A stretch of DNA of 64,000 nt. Source: an uncultured Armatimonadia bacterium (GTDB lineage: Bacteria > Armatimonadota > Zipacnadia > CAVVLO01). This document shows positions 10,196-20,990 of the stretch, in pieces. The stretch's first letter is position 1. Each line of letters starts with the position of its first letter. The position numbers were made by a program, and so were the translations under genes. The DNA is taken from contig CAVVLO010000002.1 of assembly GCA_963749155.1 (NCBI GenBank), forward strand, positions 1,408,001-1,472,000, read 5' to 3'. The notes beneath the pieces are model-generated. The model saw nothing but the letters and a program-made list of their open reading frames with translations. It was not told the DNA's origin and ran no database searches.

Positions 10196-10811
10196 ATTAC
10201 TGACTGATGAAGTAGCCCAGACCTTATTCGGTAGAATTCGACGCGAGGTGCTAGGATTACTTTACACCAATCCTGAGCGGTCCTACTACCTGCGCGAGCT
10301 TATGCGGTTTGCCAATACCTCTCCGGGGGCCATCCAGCGCGAACTTGCCCAGTTACATAAAGCAGGACTTGTCATGCGCTCCCGGCGCGGCCACCAGGTT
10401 TTCTTCCAGGCCAACCTGCAGAGTCCCGTCTTTGAAGAATTGCAAAGCCTGCTTGCCAAGACGGCAGGGCTTGCTCAGATTTTGCGCGAGGCGCTCTTGC
10501 CGCTTGCCTGCCAACTGGAACTGGCAGCGGTATTTGGCTCCTTTGCTGCTGGCTCTGCGCGGGACGAGAGTGATATAGATTTGCTGGTTATCGGTCAGGT
10601 CAGTCTCCGTGAAGTGGTCACGGCTCTCCAACCTGCTCAAAATCGTCTGGCCAGAGAGATAAATCCTGTGGTATATGCTAGGTCAGAGTTTGTGCGCCTG
10701 TTATCCGAAGGCCAGCCTTTCCTCACCGCTGTTCTGGAAGGCCCGCTGCTGCCGATATTAGGAGACAAAGATGAGTTTCAGCGATTGGCTGGCCAACGGT
10801 TGGCTGATTGA
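10188..10811 (+). CDS. Winged-HTH plus minimal nucleotidyltransferase (MNT), putative antitoxin
   Basis: N-terminal HTH (YLRELMRFANTSPGAIQRELAQL) and FGSFAAGSARDESDIDLLV (GS..DxD motif). Confidence 0.85.
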   Translation: MSTLLTDEVAQTLFGRIRREVLGLLYTNPERSYYLRELMRFANTSPGAIQRELAQLHKAGLVMRSRRGHQVFFQANLQSPVFEELQSLLAKTAGLAQILREALLPLACQLELAAVFGSFAAGSARDESDIDLLVIGQVSLREVVTALQPAQNRLAREINPVVYARSEFVRLLSEGQPFLTAVLEGPLLPILGDKDEFQRLAGQRLAD

Positions 10812-11214
10812 GCATAGGCCAACTCGAAGTGAGATAACAGGCTTACTCACTATCATCGACCGAGATCTGGCCGAATGTGAGCTTGCTGGGCTTTCAACTG
10901 ATTGGCGCTTCAACATCGCATATAACTCGGCTTTGCAGTGTGCCTTATGTGCTCTGGCAGCTTCTGGCTACCGACCTGCGCGTGAGGCCCATCACTATCG
11001 GGCACTGCAATCACTTTTGTATACCCTTGAGCTTGCCAACGATGAAGTGGCTTTACTGGATACTTGCCGTAAGAAGCGCAACCTCAGCGAATACAACCGA
11101 GCTGGTGCAATATCGGACAAAGAGGCATATGAGATACTGGACTTCGCAGTCTCGTTGCGAGCCAGACTTCTAGGCTGGCTTCAAGCTAAATACCCGATGC
11201 TACTGGACCTGTGA
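10771..11214 (+). CDS. HEPN-like protein, putative toxin partner
   Basis: 147-aa helical protein overlapping the MNT gene; AYNSALQ, HHYRAL, RKKRNLSEY. Confidence 0.7.
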   Translation: MSFSDWLANGWLIEHRPTRSEITGLLTIIDRDLAECELAGLSTDWRFNIAYNSALQCALCALAASGYRPAREAHHYRALQSLLYTLELANDEVALLDTCRKKRNLSEYNRAGAISDKEAYEILDFAVSLRARLLGWLQAKYPMLLDL

Positions 11215-11309
11215 CTGGTACTTTGCCTGCCTTCCCTCCTTGCCTCACCTGCCCTCGTAGGCAATAATGACACTGCCTTTTGTGCGCCCAAATTGACGAG
11301 GTGAGTTTT

Positions 11310-12431
11310 ATGGCTTCTCTGAAAGAACTGACCGCTGGATATATTGTCCCCTTGCAGAATCCCAAACCCGATGCCGAGCGTTTCATCGCGACGCTTATGG
11401 GGAAAGCTCAGCCCGAGCGTCCCCCCCTTATCGAGTATCTGATTGATCCCTTCGTGATGCGGCCTATCCTCGAAGAGCTGATGGGACGCAAGTGGGTAGA
11501 TCCAAATCCCGCCGAGCCAAACACCGTTTCGGCTTACCTCGATAACTTCATCGCTTTTTGGGAAGCGATGGGCTATGACTTCGTGCGCTTCGAGATGGCC
11601 TTGCCTTTCAGTTTCCAGACTTTGCTGGCGCACGACACCGCCCCAGGCACCAACAAGGACCGCGGTTGGGCCGACCAGCATCGCGGGCCGATTATGAGCT
11701 GGGAAGATTTCGAAACCTACAAGTGGCCGACCCTGGAGCAGTTTGACTGGAGCTGGCTCGAATATATCAACTCCCACCTGCCCGAGGGGATGGGTCTTAT
11801 TTCCTGCCACGCGGGGGGCGTATTCGAGCATCTCGAATATCTGATGAGCTACGAAGGCCTCGCTCTGGCGCTGTTCGATGACCCTGACCTGGTGCAAGCC
11901 ATCACTGACAAGCTTGGAGAGCTTTTTGTCTCCTTCTACAAGCAGTTGCTCAAACTGGACAAGCTGATTGCAGTCTTCCCAGGCGATGATATGGGCTTCA
12001 AGACGGGTACCCTTATCAGTCCTGACGACCTGCGCAAATATATCCTGCCCTGGCACAAGCGCTTTGCCCAGCTCACCCACGAGGCAGGTCTGCCTTACTT
12101 CCTGCACAGTTGCGGCAACATACTGGACCTGATGGAAGACTTCATTACCGATGTGAAGATAGACGCCAAACACAGCTACGAGGACGTAATTATCTCGGCC
12201 CCCGAGTTCCAGGCGCGTTATGGTGACCGGATCGCGGTGCTTGGTGGCATAGATGTGGATATCCTGACCCGCGGCACGCCTGATGAGGTGCGCGCCTATG
12301 TCAGAGGCTATATTGAGCAGTGTCACCCGCGAGGCAGATATGCAGTTGGCGCGGGCAACTCCGTACCGAGTTATATCCCTGCGATCAACTATCTGACAAT
12401 GCTGGACGAGACGCTCAAGTATCCAGGCTAG
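11310..12431 (+). CDS. Uroporphyrinogen decarboxylase / MtaA-CmuA family protein
   Basis: GDDMGFKTGTLISP, LHSCGN, LGGIDVD, GAGNSVPSYIP. Confidence 0.88.
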   Translation: MASLKELTAGYIVPLQNPKPDAERFIATLMGKAQPERPPLIEYLIDPFVMRPILEELMGRKWVDPNPAEPNTVSAYLDNFIAFWEAMGYDFVRFEMALPFSFQTLLAHDTAPGTNKDRGWADQHRGPIMSWEDFETYKWPTLEQFDWSWLEYINSHLPEGMGLISCHAGGVFEHLEYLMSYEGLALALFDDPDLVQAITDKLGELFVSFYKQLLKLDKLIAVFPGDDMGFKTGTLISPDDLRKYILPWHKRFAQLTHEAGLPYFLHSCGNILDLMEDFITDVKIDAKHSYEDVIISAPEFQARYGDRIAVLGGIDVDILTRGTPDEVRAYVRGYIEQCHPRGRYAVGAGNSVPSYIPAINYLTMLDETLKYPG

Positions 12432-12444
12432 GGGGAAGTCCCAA

Positions 12445-14572
12445 GTGAAAGAGTTGCCCTTCATCGTGGGTTCGCAGTATTACCGGGCGCCAACGCCCGT
12501 GAAGCAGGACTGGGATAGGGATCTGGCGCTGTTCGCGTCCAAGGGGCTCAACACCATAAAGATTTGGGCCCAATGGCGCTGGAACAATCCGGCCGAAGGC
12601 GTCTATCAGTTCGATGATGTGCTCGAGCTGCTTGACCTGGCGGGCAAGCATGGGCTGCACGTCGTGGTGAATACCATCTTCGACGTCGCCCCCGCCTGGG
12701 TCTTCCGCAAGTGGCCCGAGTGCCCGATGGTCACGGTAACTGGGCGCGTGCTCGGGCCGCAGACACTAGGTCACAGGCAAATTGGCGGTACGCCAGGCCC
12801 CTGCCTGCACCACACCGCCTTCGATGGAGGTCGCCCAGGAGTTTCTTGCCGAGTGCGCCAAAGCTCTGCGCGATGCCCCGGCCCTTCTGCTTTGGGATGC
12901 CTGGAACGAGCCCGAGCTGACCTGCGCCGTCGCCAGAGAGCCGAAAATCGACAACCTGGTCTGCTACTGTGACCACTCGATCGCCAAGTTCGGCGACTGG
13001 CTGCGCGCCCGGTACGGCGAAGACGTTGCGGCGCTCAACTACGCCTGGGGACGCAACTATCAGAACTGGGAAGAGGTCGAGGCCCCGGCTTCCTTCGGCA
13101 CCTTCCGGGACCTGATAGACTGGCGCCTTTTCTTCGTCGACACCATCACCGAAGAGCTGCGGACCCGCGTCCACATCCTGAAAGAGCATGACCCCACCCA
13201 CGCGGTAATGGCCCACACTGTACCCTTCCCGATTTTCAACCTGGTGACCTGCGCCTCTGACGACTTCGAACTGGCGGCGACCTGCGACCTGTTTGGCAAC
13301 AGCGCGGGCTCCAGCGCGCAAGCGGCCGACCTGCTTTCCTCCGCCGCCGACGGCAAGGTAGTCTTCAATGCGGAAGTCCACGCGATGGGGGGCAGCACCT
13401 GGTATCAGAACAAGCCTCTTGCAGACGCCGAGATGGACAGGTTCCTCCTGGCGCCGCTTGCACAGAATATGAAGGGCTATCTCTTCTGGCAATATCGGCC
13501 TGAGCGCCTGGGCCTGGAATCGCCCAACTGGGGCCTCACTGACCTCTCAGGTAACACGACCCCCTGGCTCGAGCGCCTTGCGAAGGTCAACGGCGAGTTG
13601 CAGCGCCGCAAGGACTTCCTGCTTCGCGCCAGGCCGCGCAAGGCCGAAGTCGGTCTGCTGCTGGATCCGGAGAACGAACTTTTCAACTGGTCTATCTCGC
13701 AGTCAATGGACTTCTACGCGAGTGCTGTCCGGGGCGCATACGATGCCCTGCACCGCGCGGGGTTTCAGGTGCGGTTCGTCCATCCGACCACCCTCTCGGA
13801 GGCAGGCGACCTGCCTGTTATTTATGCGCCCTGCCCCTATTGGCTGCAGCAGCGCACGCTGGACGGCCTGAAAAAGTATGTTGCCCAGGGCGGCCTGCTG
13901 GTGGCAGAACCCTACTTCGGCGGGATGGATCCGTCCACCGGCCTGCATGAAGAGGTCGTCCCCGGCCTTGGCTGGGATACTATCTTCGACACCGTGCAAG
14001 GCCTGGTGCTGCAACCCAGCACGGCCAGTTTCGATGCCTATGCCAACTGGGCTGGTGACTCGAGCCAGGCTGGCGACAGGCTGACGGTGAGGTTGGGCGA
14101 CCGCACCTTCGCCACTCCAGCCTTCCACCAGATGGTGGAACTAAAACCGGTCAGTAGCCTTGCAGCCGGGCAGTTTGGCAACGGCTGGACGGGGCTGACC
14201 TTCGCTCAATATGAGCAAGGCCAGGCGGCCCTTGTGGGCACATATCTCTCCGCTGCGGCAGCGCGGGGCTTGCCTGGCGCCGCCGAACTTATCGCGGCTT
14301 TGTGCGAGCGCGGGCCCAACAAACTGCGGCCCAGATCGCAAGGCGGCACCGTGCGCGTAGATCCCCTGACCGATGGCCAATACTATATGGTGATCGCTGC
14401 CTCGCTGGCAGGGGGTCCGACCGAGGACTTCCTGAGGTTGAATATGATTCCAGGTCGCTTGCTGGTGGACATAATGACCGGGCAAGAGTTCCCGCTCCGG
14501 GCCGAAGGCGACTGGAGTGTGGCGCTGGTGCCCTTCGAGACCGGCCAGGTACGCGCGCTTGAGGTAGTCTGA
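12445..14572 (+). CDS. GH42-type beta-galactosidase; frameshift near 12815
   Basis: GSQYYRAPTP, WDAWNEP, CYCDHS, WGRNYQNWEEV, FWQYRPE and a trimerisation-like domain, spread over ORFs 12445..12972 and 12782..14572. Confidence 0.85.
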
Positions 14573-14580
14573 CTTGATTT

Positions 14581-15400
14581 TTGGCGGTGGAGAGCGCTTT
14601 GCGCCTCGCTGACGCCCACATCCATCTGACGGATAAAGCCTTCGAGGGCCGACTGGAGTCGGTCCTCGAGGTGGCTCGCGGCACCGGCATCCAGCGATTT
14701 CTCTCCTGCGCGACCGAGCCTGCTGACTGGCCCGCCCTTCGCCAGCTTGCCGAGAGGGTACCCGGGGTCACGCCCGCCTTCGGACTGCATCCCTGGTTTA
14801 TCGAAGGGCAGCCGGACGACTGGCTGGCGCAGCTTGAAGACTTCCTTACTGCGATGCCCTCGTGTCTTGGCGAGGTGGGGCTGGACCACATCAAAGCCAA
14901 AGGCGAGGCGCGGCAGGCCCAGGCGGAAGCGTTGAAGGCCCAACTCTGCGCTGGCGCGGAAATTGCAGCGCCCTGTAATCCTGCACACTGTGCGCGCGCT
15001 TGGCCTTGTCCTCGATCTGGTGGAAGAGGCCGGCCCGCTGCCTGGCTTCAGCCTGCACGCCTTTGGAGGCCCGCCGGAGCTAATCGCCCGCGCAGTTAAA
15101 CTTGGCGGATATTTCTCAATCGGCGCCGCTCCGCTGAATCCCGCGCGAGCTCACGCCCGAGAGGCCTTCCTGGCTGTGCCACTCGACCGGTTGTTGCTTG
15201 AGACCGATGCCCCCTGGCTGATACCGCCCGAGGAATATCGAGCCTTTCCGCTTCAAGACGCCGACGGCTCGATATGGAACCATCCTGCCAACCTGGCCCC
15301 CTGTGCTGAAGGGTTGGCTGCGCTACGCGGGCTGCCGGTGGAGGAATTCACCGAGGCCGTCTGGGCCAACTTCCACCGCTTGCTTGGAGGTTTCCAGTGA
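14581..15400 (+). CDS. tatD: TatD family hydrolase; frameshift near 14947
   Basis: DAHIH, GLHPW, GEVGLD, ILH, LETDAP. Confidence 0.88.
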
Positions 15401-16159
15401 GCAGCCACCGCTTCAGTCGGCTTGCCCAGCTCATCGGAGAAGAAGGCCTTGCGCGCCTGACCGCCAGCCACGTGGCAATCGTGGGACTGGGCGCTGTTGG
15501 CAGCTATGCGCTGGAGGGCCTGGCCCGCTCGGGAGTAGGCCGGCTGCGCCTGGTCGACTTCGATGAAGTGCGCGAGAGCAACTTCAATCGCCAACTGCTG
15601 GCTACCGAAGCCAGTCTTGGCCTTCCCAAAGTCGAAGCCGCCACCGAGCGCGTATTGTCCATCAATCCTGACTGCCAGGTCGAACCGCTCAAGCTGTTCG
15701 TCCACGCTGAAAGCCTGCCGGCAGTGTTCGGCCAGCCCGCCGGACCTGGTGCTGGACTGCATTGATTCCTTCAGGCCCAAGGTGGAATTGCTGTCGGGGG
15801 CACTCGAAGCTGGGGTGCCGGTGGCGAGTTCGATGGGCGCGGCGCTCCGCAGCGATCCAGCGCGTGTGCATACTGGCTCGCTTTCGGCAACGAGAGTCTG
15901 TCCCCTGGCTCGCAGGCTGCGCGCCGAACTCAGAAAACGGGGTCTGCCAACCGACCTGCCCTGCGTGTGGAGTGATGAGCCTCTGGACCCATCCTATATG
16001 CGCGAGCCTGAGGAAGAAGAGGCCTCGGGTGAGTATCAGCGGGGCCGACCGCGTCGCGTGCTGGGCAGCCTGCCTACGCTGACGGGATTGTTTGGCCTTA
16101 CCCTCGCCAACCTGGCGCTGGAATTATTACTGGGCGACCTCTGGCCGGGCCGCCACTAA
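15397..16159 (+). CDS. tcdA: tRNA threonylcarbamoyladenosine dehydratase (ThiF family); frameshift near 15730
   Basis: GLGAVGS, DFDEVRESNFNRQ, DCID, SSMGAA, CPLARRLR. Confidence 0.85.
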
Positions 16160-16970
16160 TCCTGGCGAGTGAAAAACTCCACCTGGGCGTCCTCGACTGC
16201 GGCCAGTTTCGCCTCGATAATCGGGCGGAAATCAGCGTTCAATTCGTAGCCAATCCCCTTGCGCCCTGTGAGTGCCGCCGCAAGCAGGCTCGTGCCGCTG
16301 CCACAAAACGGATCGAGGATAGTCTCCCCGACGAAGCTGTACATCCTGATTAGCCTCTCGGGTAGCTCAAGTGGGAACATCGCCTGGTGCTCCGCCTGCC
16401 GGTCGGGTTGAAGCCGCCACACTCCGCGAAACCATTCGCTGCGGTGCGCCTTCGCCAGCTTGCTTGCCTCTTTCTGTTCTGCGCTGACTTTGGGGCCGCG
16501 TCCAGGTTTCTTGAACAGCAGGATATATTCGTGTTCGTAGGTTATATGCCCATCGCGCGGCCAGTAGGTAGAACCCATCCAGCTTCCGCCGCCCGTGGTT
16601 TTGGTCGTCGAGATTTTGTGCCAGATGATACTGCCCATATAGTCGAAGCCTAGCCCCGTGCAGGTGGCAATCGTGTCGGCCCCGATGGGCGCCAGGCGAT
16701 ACCGGCCGTGCTCGGTGGCGCGCAGATACTGGTCTCCGATGTTGATGGCCAGCCGGCAACCGGTGTGAAGGGCGCGATGGCACTCCTTCCATACAAGCCC
16801 AAGGTCGGAAGATAGGCTTCATAGCTCTGGCCAAAGCCTATCTGGCCTTCATCCCCATAATCCTTGATAGACCAGTAGGGGGGAGAAGTGACGATGAAGT
16901 GGACGGAGCCATCTTCAAGCTCCGGCATCCCCCGCGAGTCGGCCAGCCAGATAATATGTCGCGTGTTCAT
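16156..16970 (-). CDS. Orphan beta-class N4-C/N6-A DNA methyltransferase; frameshift near 16808
   Basis: Motif IV TSPPY at the N-terminus, H.AMFP, motif I DPFCGSGT near the C-terminus. No adjacent endonuclease. Extended -10 TGTTATAAT on the minus strand at 16981-16989. Confidence 0.88.
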
Positions 16971-17000
16971 AACCGCGAGGATTATAACAGCCAGCCGCGG

Positions 17001-17029
17001 TTTACGCTTTCAAGGGCCTTGTATATAAT
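17001..17029 (+). promoter_or_regulatory. Sigma70-type promoter of the thiC leader
   Basis: TTTACG-17bp-TATAAT. Confidence 0.7.
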
Positions 17030-17041
17030 GTAAGGCAGTCA

Positions 17042-17140
17042 GCCGCTGGGGGTGCTCCCGCAAGGGGGCTGAGAGCAAACCCTTCGCACCTGAGCCGGGC
17101 CGCAAGGCTCCCGCTGGATAATGCCAGCCAGGGAAGTGGT
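17042..17140 (+). ncRNA. TPP riboswitch aptamer (variant with an insertion)
   Basis: GGGGTGC..GCTGAGA..ACCC..ACCTGA..CTGGATAATGCCAGC..AGGGAAG; P1 GCCGCT/AGTGGT; lies directly upstream of thiC. Confidence 0.9.
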
Positions 17141-17156
17141 AAGTCCGAGTCTAACA

Positions 17157-17187
17157 GGCGCCGCTCCGCACTCTGGGCGGCGCTTTT
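17157..17187 (+). terminator. Intrinsic terminator, probable riboswitch expression platform
   Basis: GGCGCCGCTC-loop-GGGCGGCGCT followed by TTT, between the aptamer and thiC. Confidence 0.75.
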
Positions 17188-17222
17188 ACTAGTGGCCTGC
17201 TTTACGGGCAAAGGTGATTCTG

Positions 17223-18509
17223 ATGACCCAACTCGAAGCCGCGCGTAGCGGTCAGATAACAGACCAGCTCCGACAAGTGGCTGAAGCCGAAGGCCTGCAA
17301 ATTGAACAGGTTCTCGGTGTCGTGGCTACCGGTCGCGCCGTAATTCCGGCCAACTCGACCTATGCTTTACCAAGTCCTCGGGGGGTCGGCAAAGGCCTTA
17401 CTACCAAGGTAAACGCCAATATCGGCACCAGTATGCATTATCCGGACGTCGAGACTGAAGTCGAGAAGCTCAAAGCTGCTGTCGAGGCGGGCGCCGACGC
17501 CGTGATGGATCTTTCTACCGGAGGCAATCTGAGAGAGATCCGGGCGCGTATCCGCGAAGCCTGCCCGGTGCCCCTTGGCACAGTGCCCATCTACGAGGCC
17601 GCCGCTCGCGCCAAGCGCGAAGGTCAGGGCCTGATAAATATGACCGCCGACGAATTGTTCGATGTCATCGAGACCAACGGCAAGCAGGGGGTGGATTTTA
17701 TAACCGTCCATTGCGGCGTAACGCAGAATTCGGTCGACCAGTTGCGAAGGCAAGGCCGGCTGATGGATATCGTCAGTCGCGGCGGGGCCTTCCTCACCGC
17801 CTGGATGGTCGCCAACGAGGCCGAGAATCCCCTTTACGAGCAGTATGACCGTCTGCTTGAGATATCTCGCAAATACGATATGACCCTCAGCCTGGGCGAT
17901 GGGTTGCGGCCTGGGTGCCTGGCCGATGCCACTGATCGCGGCCAGATAAGCGAACTCGTCGTCCTGGGCGAACTTGTGAAGCGCGCGCGCGAAGCCGGGG
18001 TGCAGGCGATGGTCGAGGGGCCAGGTCATGTGCCACTGAGTCAGGTGCCGACAAATATCCTGCTGCAGAAATCCCTCTGCGAGGAAGCGCCCTTCTATGT
18101 GCTGGGGCCGCTGGTGACCGATGTCGCGCCTGGCTACGACCACATTGTTGGCGCAATCGGGGGCGCGCTGGCCGCCCAATATGGCGCGGATTTTCTCTGC
18201 TATGTCACCCCCGCCGAACACCTCGGCCTGCCGACCGCCGAGCATGTGCGGGAAGGCGTCATCGTTAGCCGCATCGCCGCGCATGCTGGCGACATCGCCA
18301 AAGGCCTGCCAGGGGCGCGCGACTGGGACGATGAGATGGCCCGGGCCCGTAAGGCGCTCGATTGGCCGAAGCAACTCAGCCTTGCCCTCGATGAGCCCAA
18401 GGCCCGGGCTATCTACGAGGCGCGTTCTTCCTGTGAGGAAGAGGATGTCTGCTCGATGTGCGGCGAATTCTGTGCCGTGAAGCTGATCTCGGAGGTCCTC
18501 CAGAAGTGA
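17223..18509 (+). CDS. thiC: Phosphomethylpyrimidine synthase ThiC
   Basis: [45 protein letters not shown]; riboswitch and thiL context. Confidence 0.95.
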   Translation: MTQLEAARSGQITDQLRQVAEAEGLQIEQVLGVVATGRAVIPANSTYALPSPRGVGKGLTTKVNANIGTSMHYPDVETEVEKLKAAVEAGADAVMDLSTGGNLREIRARIREACPVPLGTVPIYEAAARAKREGQGLINMTADELFDVIETNGKQGVDFITVHCGVTQNSVDQLRRQGRLMDIVSRGGAFLTAWMVANEAENPLYEQYDRLLEISRKYDMTLSLGDGLRPGCLADATDRGQISELVVLGELVKRAREAGVQAMVEGPGHVPLSQVPTNILLQKSLCEEAPFYVLGPLVTDVAPGYDHIVGAIGGALAAQYGADFLCYVTPAEHLGLPTAEHVREGVIVSRIAAHAGDIAKGLPGARDWDDEMARARKALDWPKQLSLALDEPKARAIYEARSSCEEEDVCSMCGEFCAVKLISEVLQK

Positions 18510-19517
18510 ATCTCGGCGATCTGGGCGAGCTTGCGCTGGTCGAACACCTTGGTCGGTATCTGGCCGAAGAGGGCGGCCCACTGCTGCTCGGGCCAGGTCA
18601 TGATGCAGCGGTTGTCCTCCCGCTTGAGGGCAACCTGGTCTTCAAGGTAGATGCTCTGGTCGAAGGCCGGCACTTCGATTTGGCTTTCTCGACCCCCCAG
18701 CAAGTCGGTTGGCGCGCCCTGGCCAGGCCTGCAAGCGATATCGCCGCGGTTTCGGGCGCCCCGGATTATGCCCTGATAACTCTATTTGCGCCTGCCTCCT
18801 GCCCCGTAGAAGTGGTTGAGGGCCTCTACGAGGGCCTGGCAGAAGCCGCGAAGGCCTTCGGCACGAAACTGGTCGGTGGCGAGACCACCTCGGCAGAGGA
18901 ACTGGCTTTGTCGGTAGCTATCCTGGGCAGTGTCGAACCTGGCGAGTCGAAAGGGCGCTCAGGCGCGCGCGCAGGCGACAAGATATGGATAAGCGGCTTT
19001 CTCGGCGATGCGGCCGCGGGCCTTGCGATTTTGAAGGCCGGAGGCGTAACCGAGCTTGCAGCCAAATTTCTCCTTTCATCTGAAGAATCTGCCGCCCTGG
19101 CCACTTGCGTGGAACACCACCAAGCGTCCCCGCCCGCGACTCGCGCTGGGCAAGGCGCTTGGCGCCAATCCAGAAATTACCGCGATGATGGATGTGAGCG
19201 ATGGCCTGGTTATCGACTTGCACCGGCTTGCGAAGGCCAGCGGCCTCGTGGTGCGGCTTCAGCTCGAGGCTCTGCCCCTCTCCCCTGGCGCTCTCCTCGC
19301 CGCGCGGCTGCTTGGGCTTGATCCCCTGGCCCTGGCTTTGGGCGGCGGAGATGATTACGAGTTGCTAGTTTGTAGTACCCAGGACCTGCTGGATTGCGAT
19401 ATACTAAAAAAGCTGCTCCCAATCGGTCGTTTAGAGGAAACCGACGGGCTGGGTGGAAACGTATTAAGAGAGACTGGAGAGGTGCTGCCCCTTACCGGGT
19501 GGGACCACTTCGCGTAA
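18506..19517 (+). CDS. thiL: Thiamine-monophosphate kinase; frameshift near 19121
   Basis: [49 protein letters not shown] overlaps the thiC stop. Confidence 0.9.
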
Positions 19518-19598
19518 TACAGCCTGCAAAGGTTTTTCGCCTCCCGCAAGAGGAGGCAAAAAGGTCACGCAGAAGCCTTAAAGTGGCGCTGGGCTTGA

Positions 19599-19628
19599 TT
19601 GACAGTGCTTTTTTACGCGTGCTATACT
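19599..19628 (+). promoter_or_regulatory. Sigma70-type promoter
   Basis: TTGACA-18bp-TATACT with extended TG. Confidence 0.7.
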
Positions 19629-19685
19629 GCACCAACCAAGCTGACTGGTTCGGAAACGCTTGTTAAGAGGGGGCACTCCTCGGAA

Positions 19686-20123
19686 ATGTCTGCCAACAGC
19701 GATAAGAGGATCCTGGTTTGCGACGACGAGAAGCACATCGTACGCCTCGTGCAGATTAACCTCGAGCGTGAAGGTTATACAGTGCTTACGGCTTACGATG
19801 GCAAAGAAGGCCTGTCCAAGGCCGAGGCCGAAAAGCCCGACCTCATCGTCCTCGACGTAATGATGCCTTATATGGACGGGTTCGAAGTACTTCGCAACCT
19901 CAAGAAGAACCCCGACACCCGGGACATCCCCGTCATCATGCTGACTGCGAAAGCGCAGGATGCTGACGTGTTCCGGGGCTGGAAAGAAGGCGTAGACACG
20001 TATCTGACCAAGCCCTTCAACCCGATGGAGCTTATCAGTTTCGTGAAGCGCATCTTCCAGAGCCTCGATGAGGGCTTCCTGCCCGGCGAGGACGATATGG
20101 GGGAGACCACCTACCGCCTCTAA
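19686..20123 (+). CDS. Single-domain response regulator (receiver only)
   Basis: ILVCDD, LDVMMP, LTAK, KPF; short acidic tail with no output domain. Confidence 0.92.
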   Translation: MSANSDKRILVCDDEKHIVRLVQINLEREGYTVLTAYDGKEGLSKAEAEKPDLIVLDVMMPYMDGFEVLRNLKKNPDTRDIPVIMLTAKAQDADVFRGWKEGVDTYLTKPFNPMELISFVKRIFQSLDEGFLPGEDDMGETTYRL

Positions 20124-20159
20124 AGGTTGGTCGGTGCTTTTGAGCCTGCAGGGTAAACC

Positions 20160-20200
20160 AAGACCTTGCACGTCCCCTCCGGGGTTGTGCAAGGTCTTTC
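20160..20200 (+). terminator. Strong hairpin/terminator
   Basis: AAGACCTTGCAC..CCCC-TCC-GGGG..GTGCAAGGTCTT. Confidence 0.7.
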
Positions 20201-20227
20201 TGTGCAGGCTTGGGGGGAGTTGTCTAG

Positions 20228-20815
20228 ATGGGCACTGAAGAGCTTTTCGAGATTCTCGACCGGCTAGAGGTGCGCCTGCAAGGGCATTTTTTGCTCTCCT
20301 CGGGCAACCACAGTGACACCTACTTGCAATGCGCCCGCCTTTACGAGTGGCCCGATGAGGCAGCGCGCCTTTCAGAGGCCCTTGCGGCCAAGCTGAGGGA
20401 CCAGGGTTACATGCCCGCTACGGTCGTCGGTCCCGCACTCGGAGCTATCCTGGTCGCTTACGAACTCTCTCGCGCGCTTGGCGTTCGCAATCTTTTTGCC
20501 GAACGCAGTCCTGAGGGACAGCTTGGCCTGAGGCGTAGTTTTACCGTCGAGCCAGGCGAAAAGATTGTCGTCGTCGAGGATGTCGTTACCACTGGCAAGT
20601 CCGCCAAAGAGACGCTGGAGTTGCTCCGCTCTCTTGGCGCAGAGCCAATCGCGGTAGCTTCCATCATCGATCGCAGTGGCGGTAAAGCCGATTTCGGTGT
20701 GCCTTTCGTGCCCTTGCTTCAGGTAGAGGCCAACCTCTGGTCTCCTGAAGAATGTCCCCTTTGTAAAAAAGGTATGGAAGTTGTGAAGCCGGGAAGCAGG
20801 AAGTTGGCAGGCTAG
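20228..20815 (+). CDS. pyrE: Orotate phosphoribosyltransferase
   Basis: GHFLLSSGNHS, VVEDVVTTGKS, CPLC..KPGSR. Confidence 0.93.
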   Translation: MGTEELFEILDRLEVRLQGHFLLSSGNHSDTYLQCARLYEWPDEAARLSEALAAKLRDQGYMPATVVGPALGAILVAYELSRALGVRNLFAERSPEGQLGLRRSFTVEPGEKIVVVEDVVTTGKSAKETLELLRSLGAEPIAVASIIDRSGGKADFGVPFVPLLQVEANLWSPEECPLCKKGMEVVKPGSRKLAG

Positions 20816-20882
20816 GCCGAATCCTTCGGGGCAAGTGTATGACCAGCTCTTAGAAAGTGCCCGGAAGCCCGATGCAATCGGG

Positions 20883-20911
20883 TTTACGGTGTACTAGGGC
20901 TGTGGTATACT
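20883..20911 (+). promoter_or_regulatory. Sigma70-type promoter
   Basis: TTTACG-17bp-TATACT with extended TG. Confidence 0.6.
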
Positions 20912-20990
20912 GCAACAAGTTAGCAAGCATATAATGAAGCCGCAGAGGGGAACCTACTCTCTACCAAGAGTTAGGAGGACGCTGGTGGCA

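Noticed and set aside
17223..18509. BzaA/B/F instead of ThiC
   Set aside because: The TPP-type leader and overlapping thiL favour ThiC; no cobalamin context.
20160..20200. PyrR attenuator upstream of pyrE
   Set aside because: No PyrR-binding consensus recognised; better explained as the response-regulator terminator.
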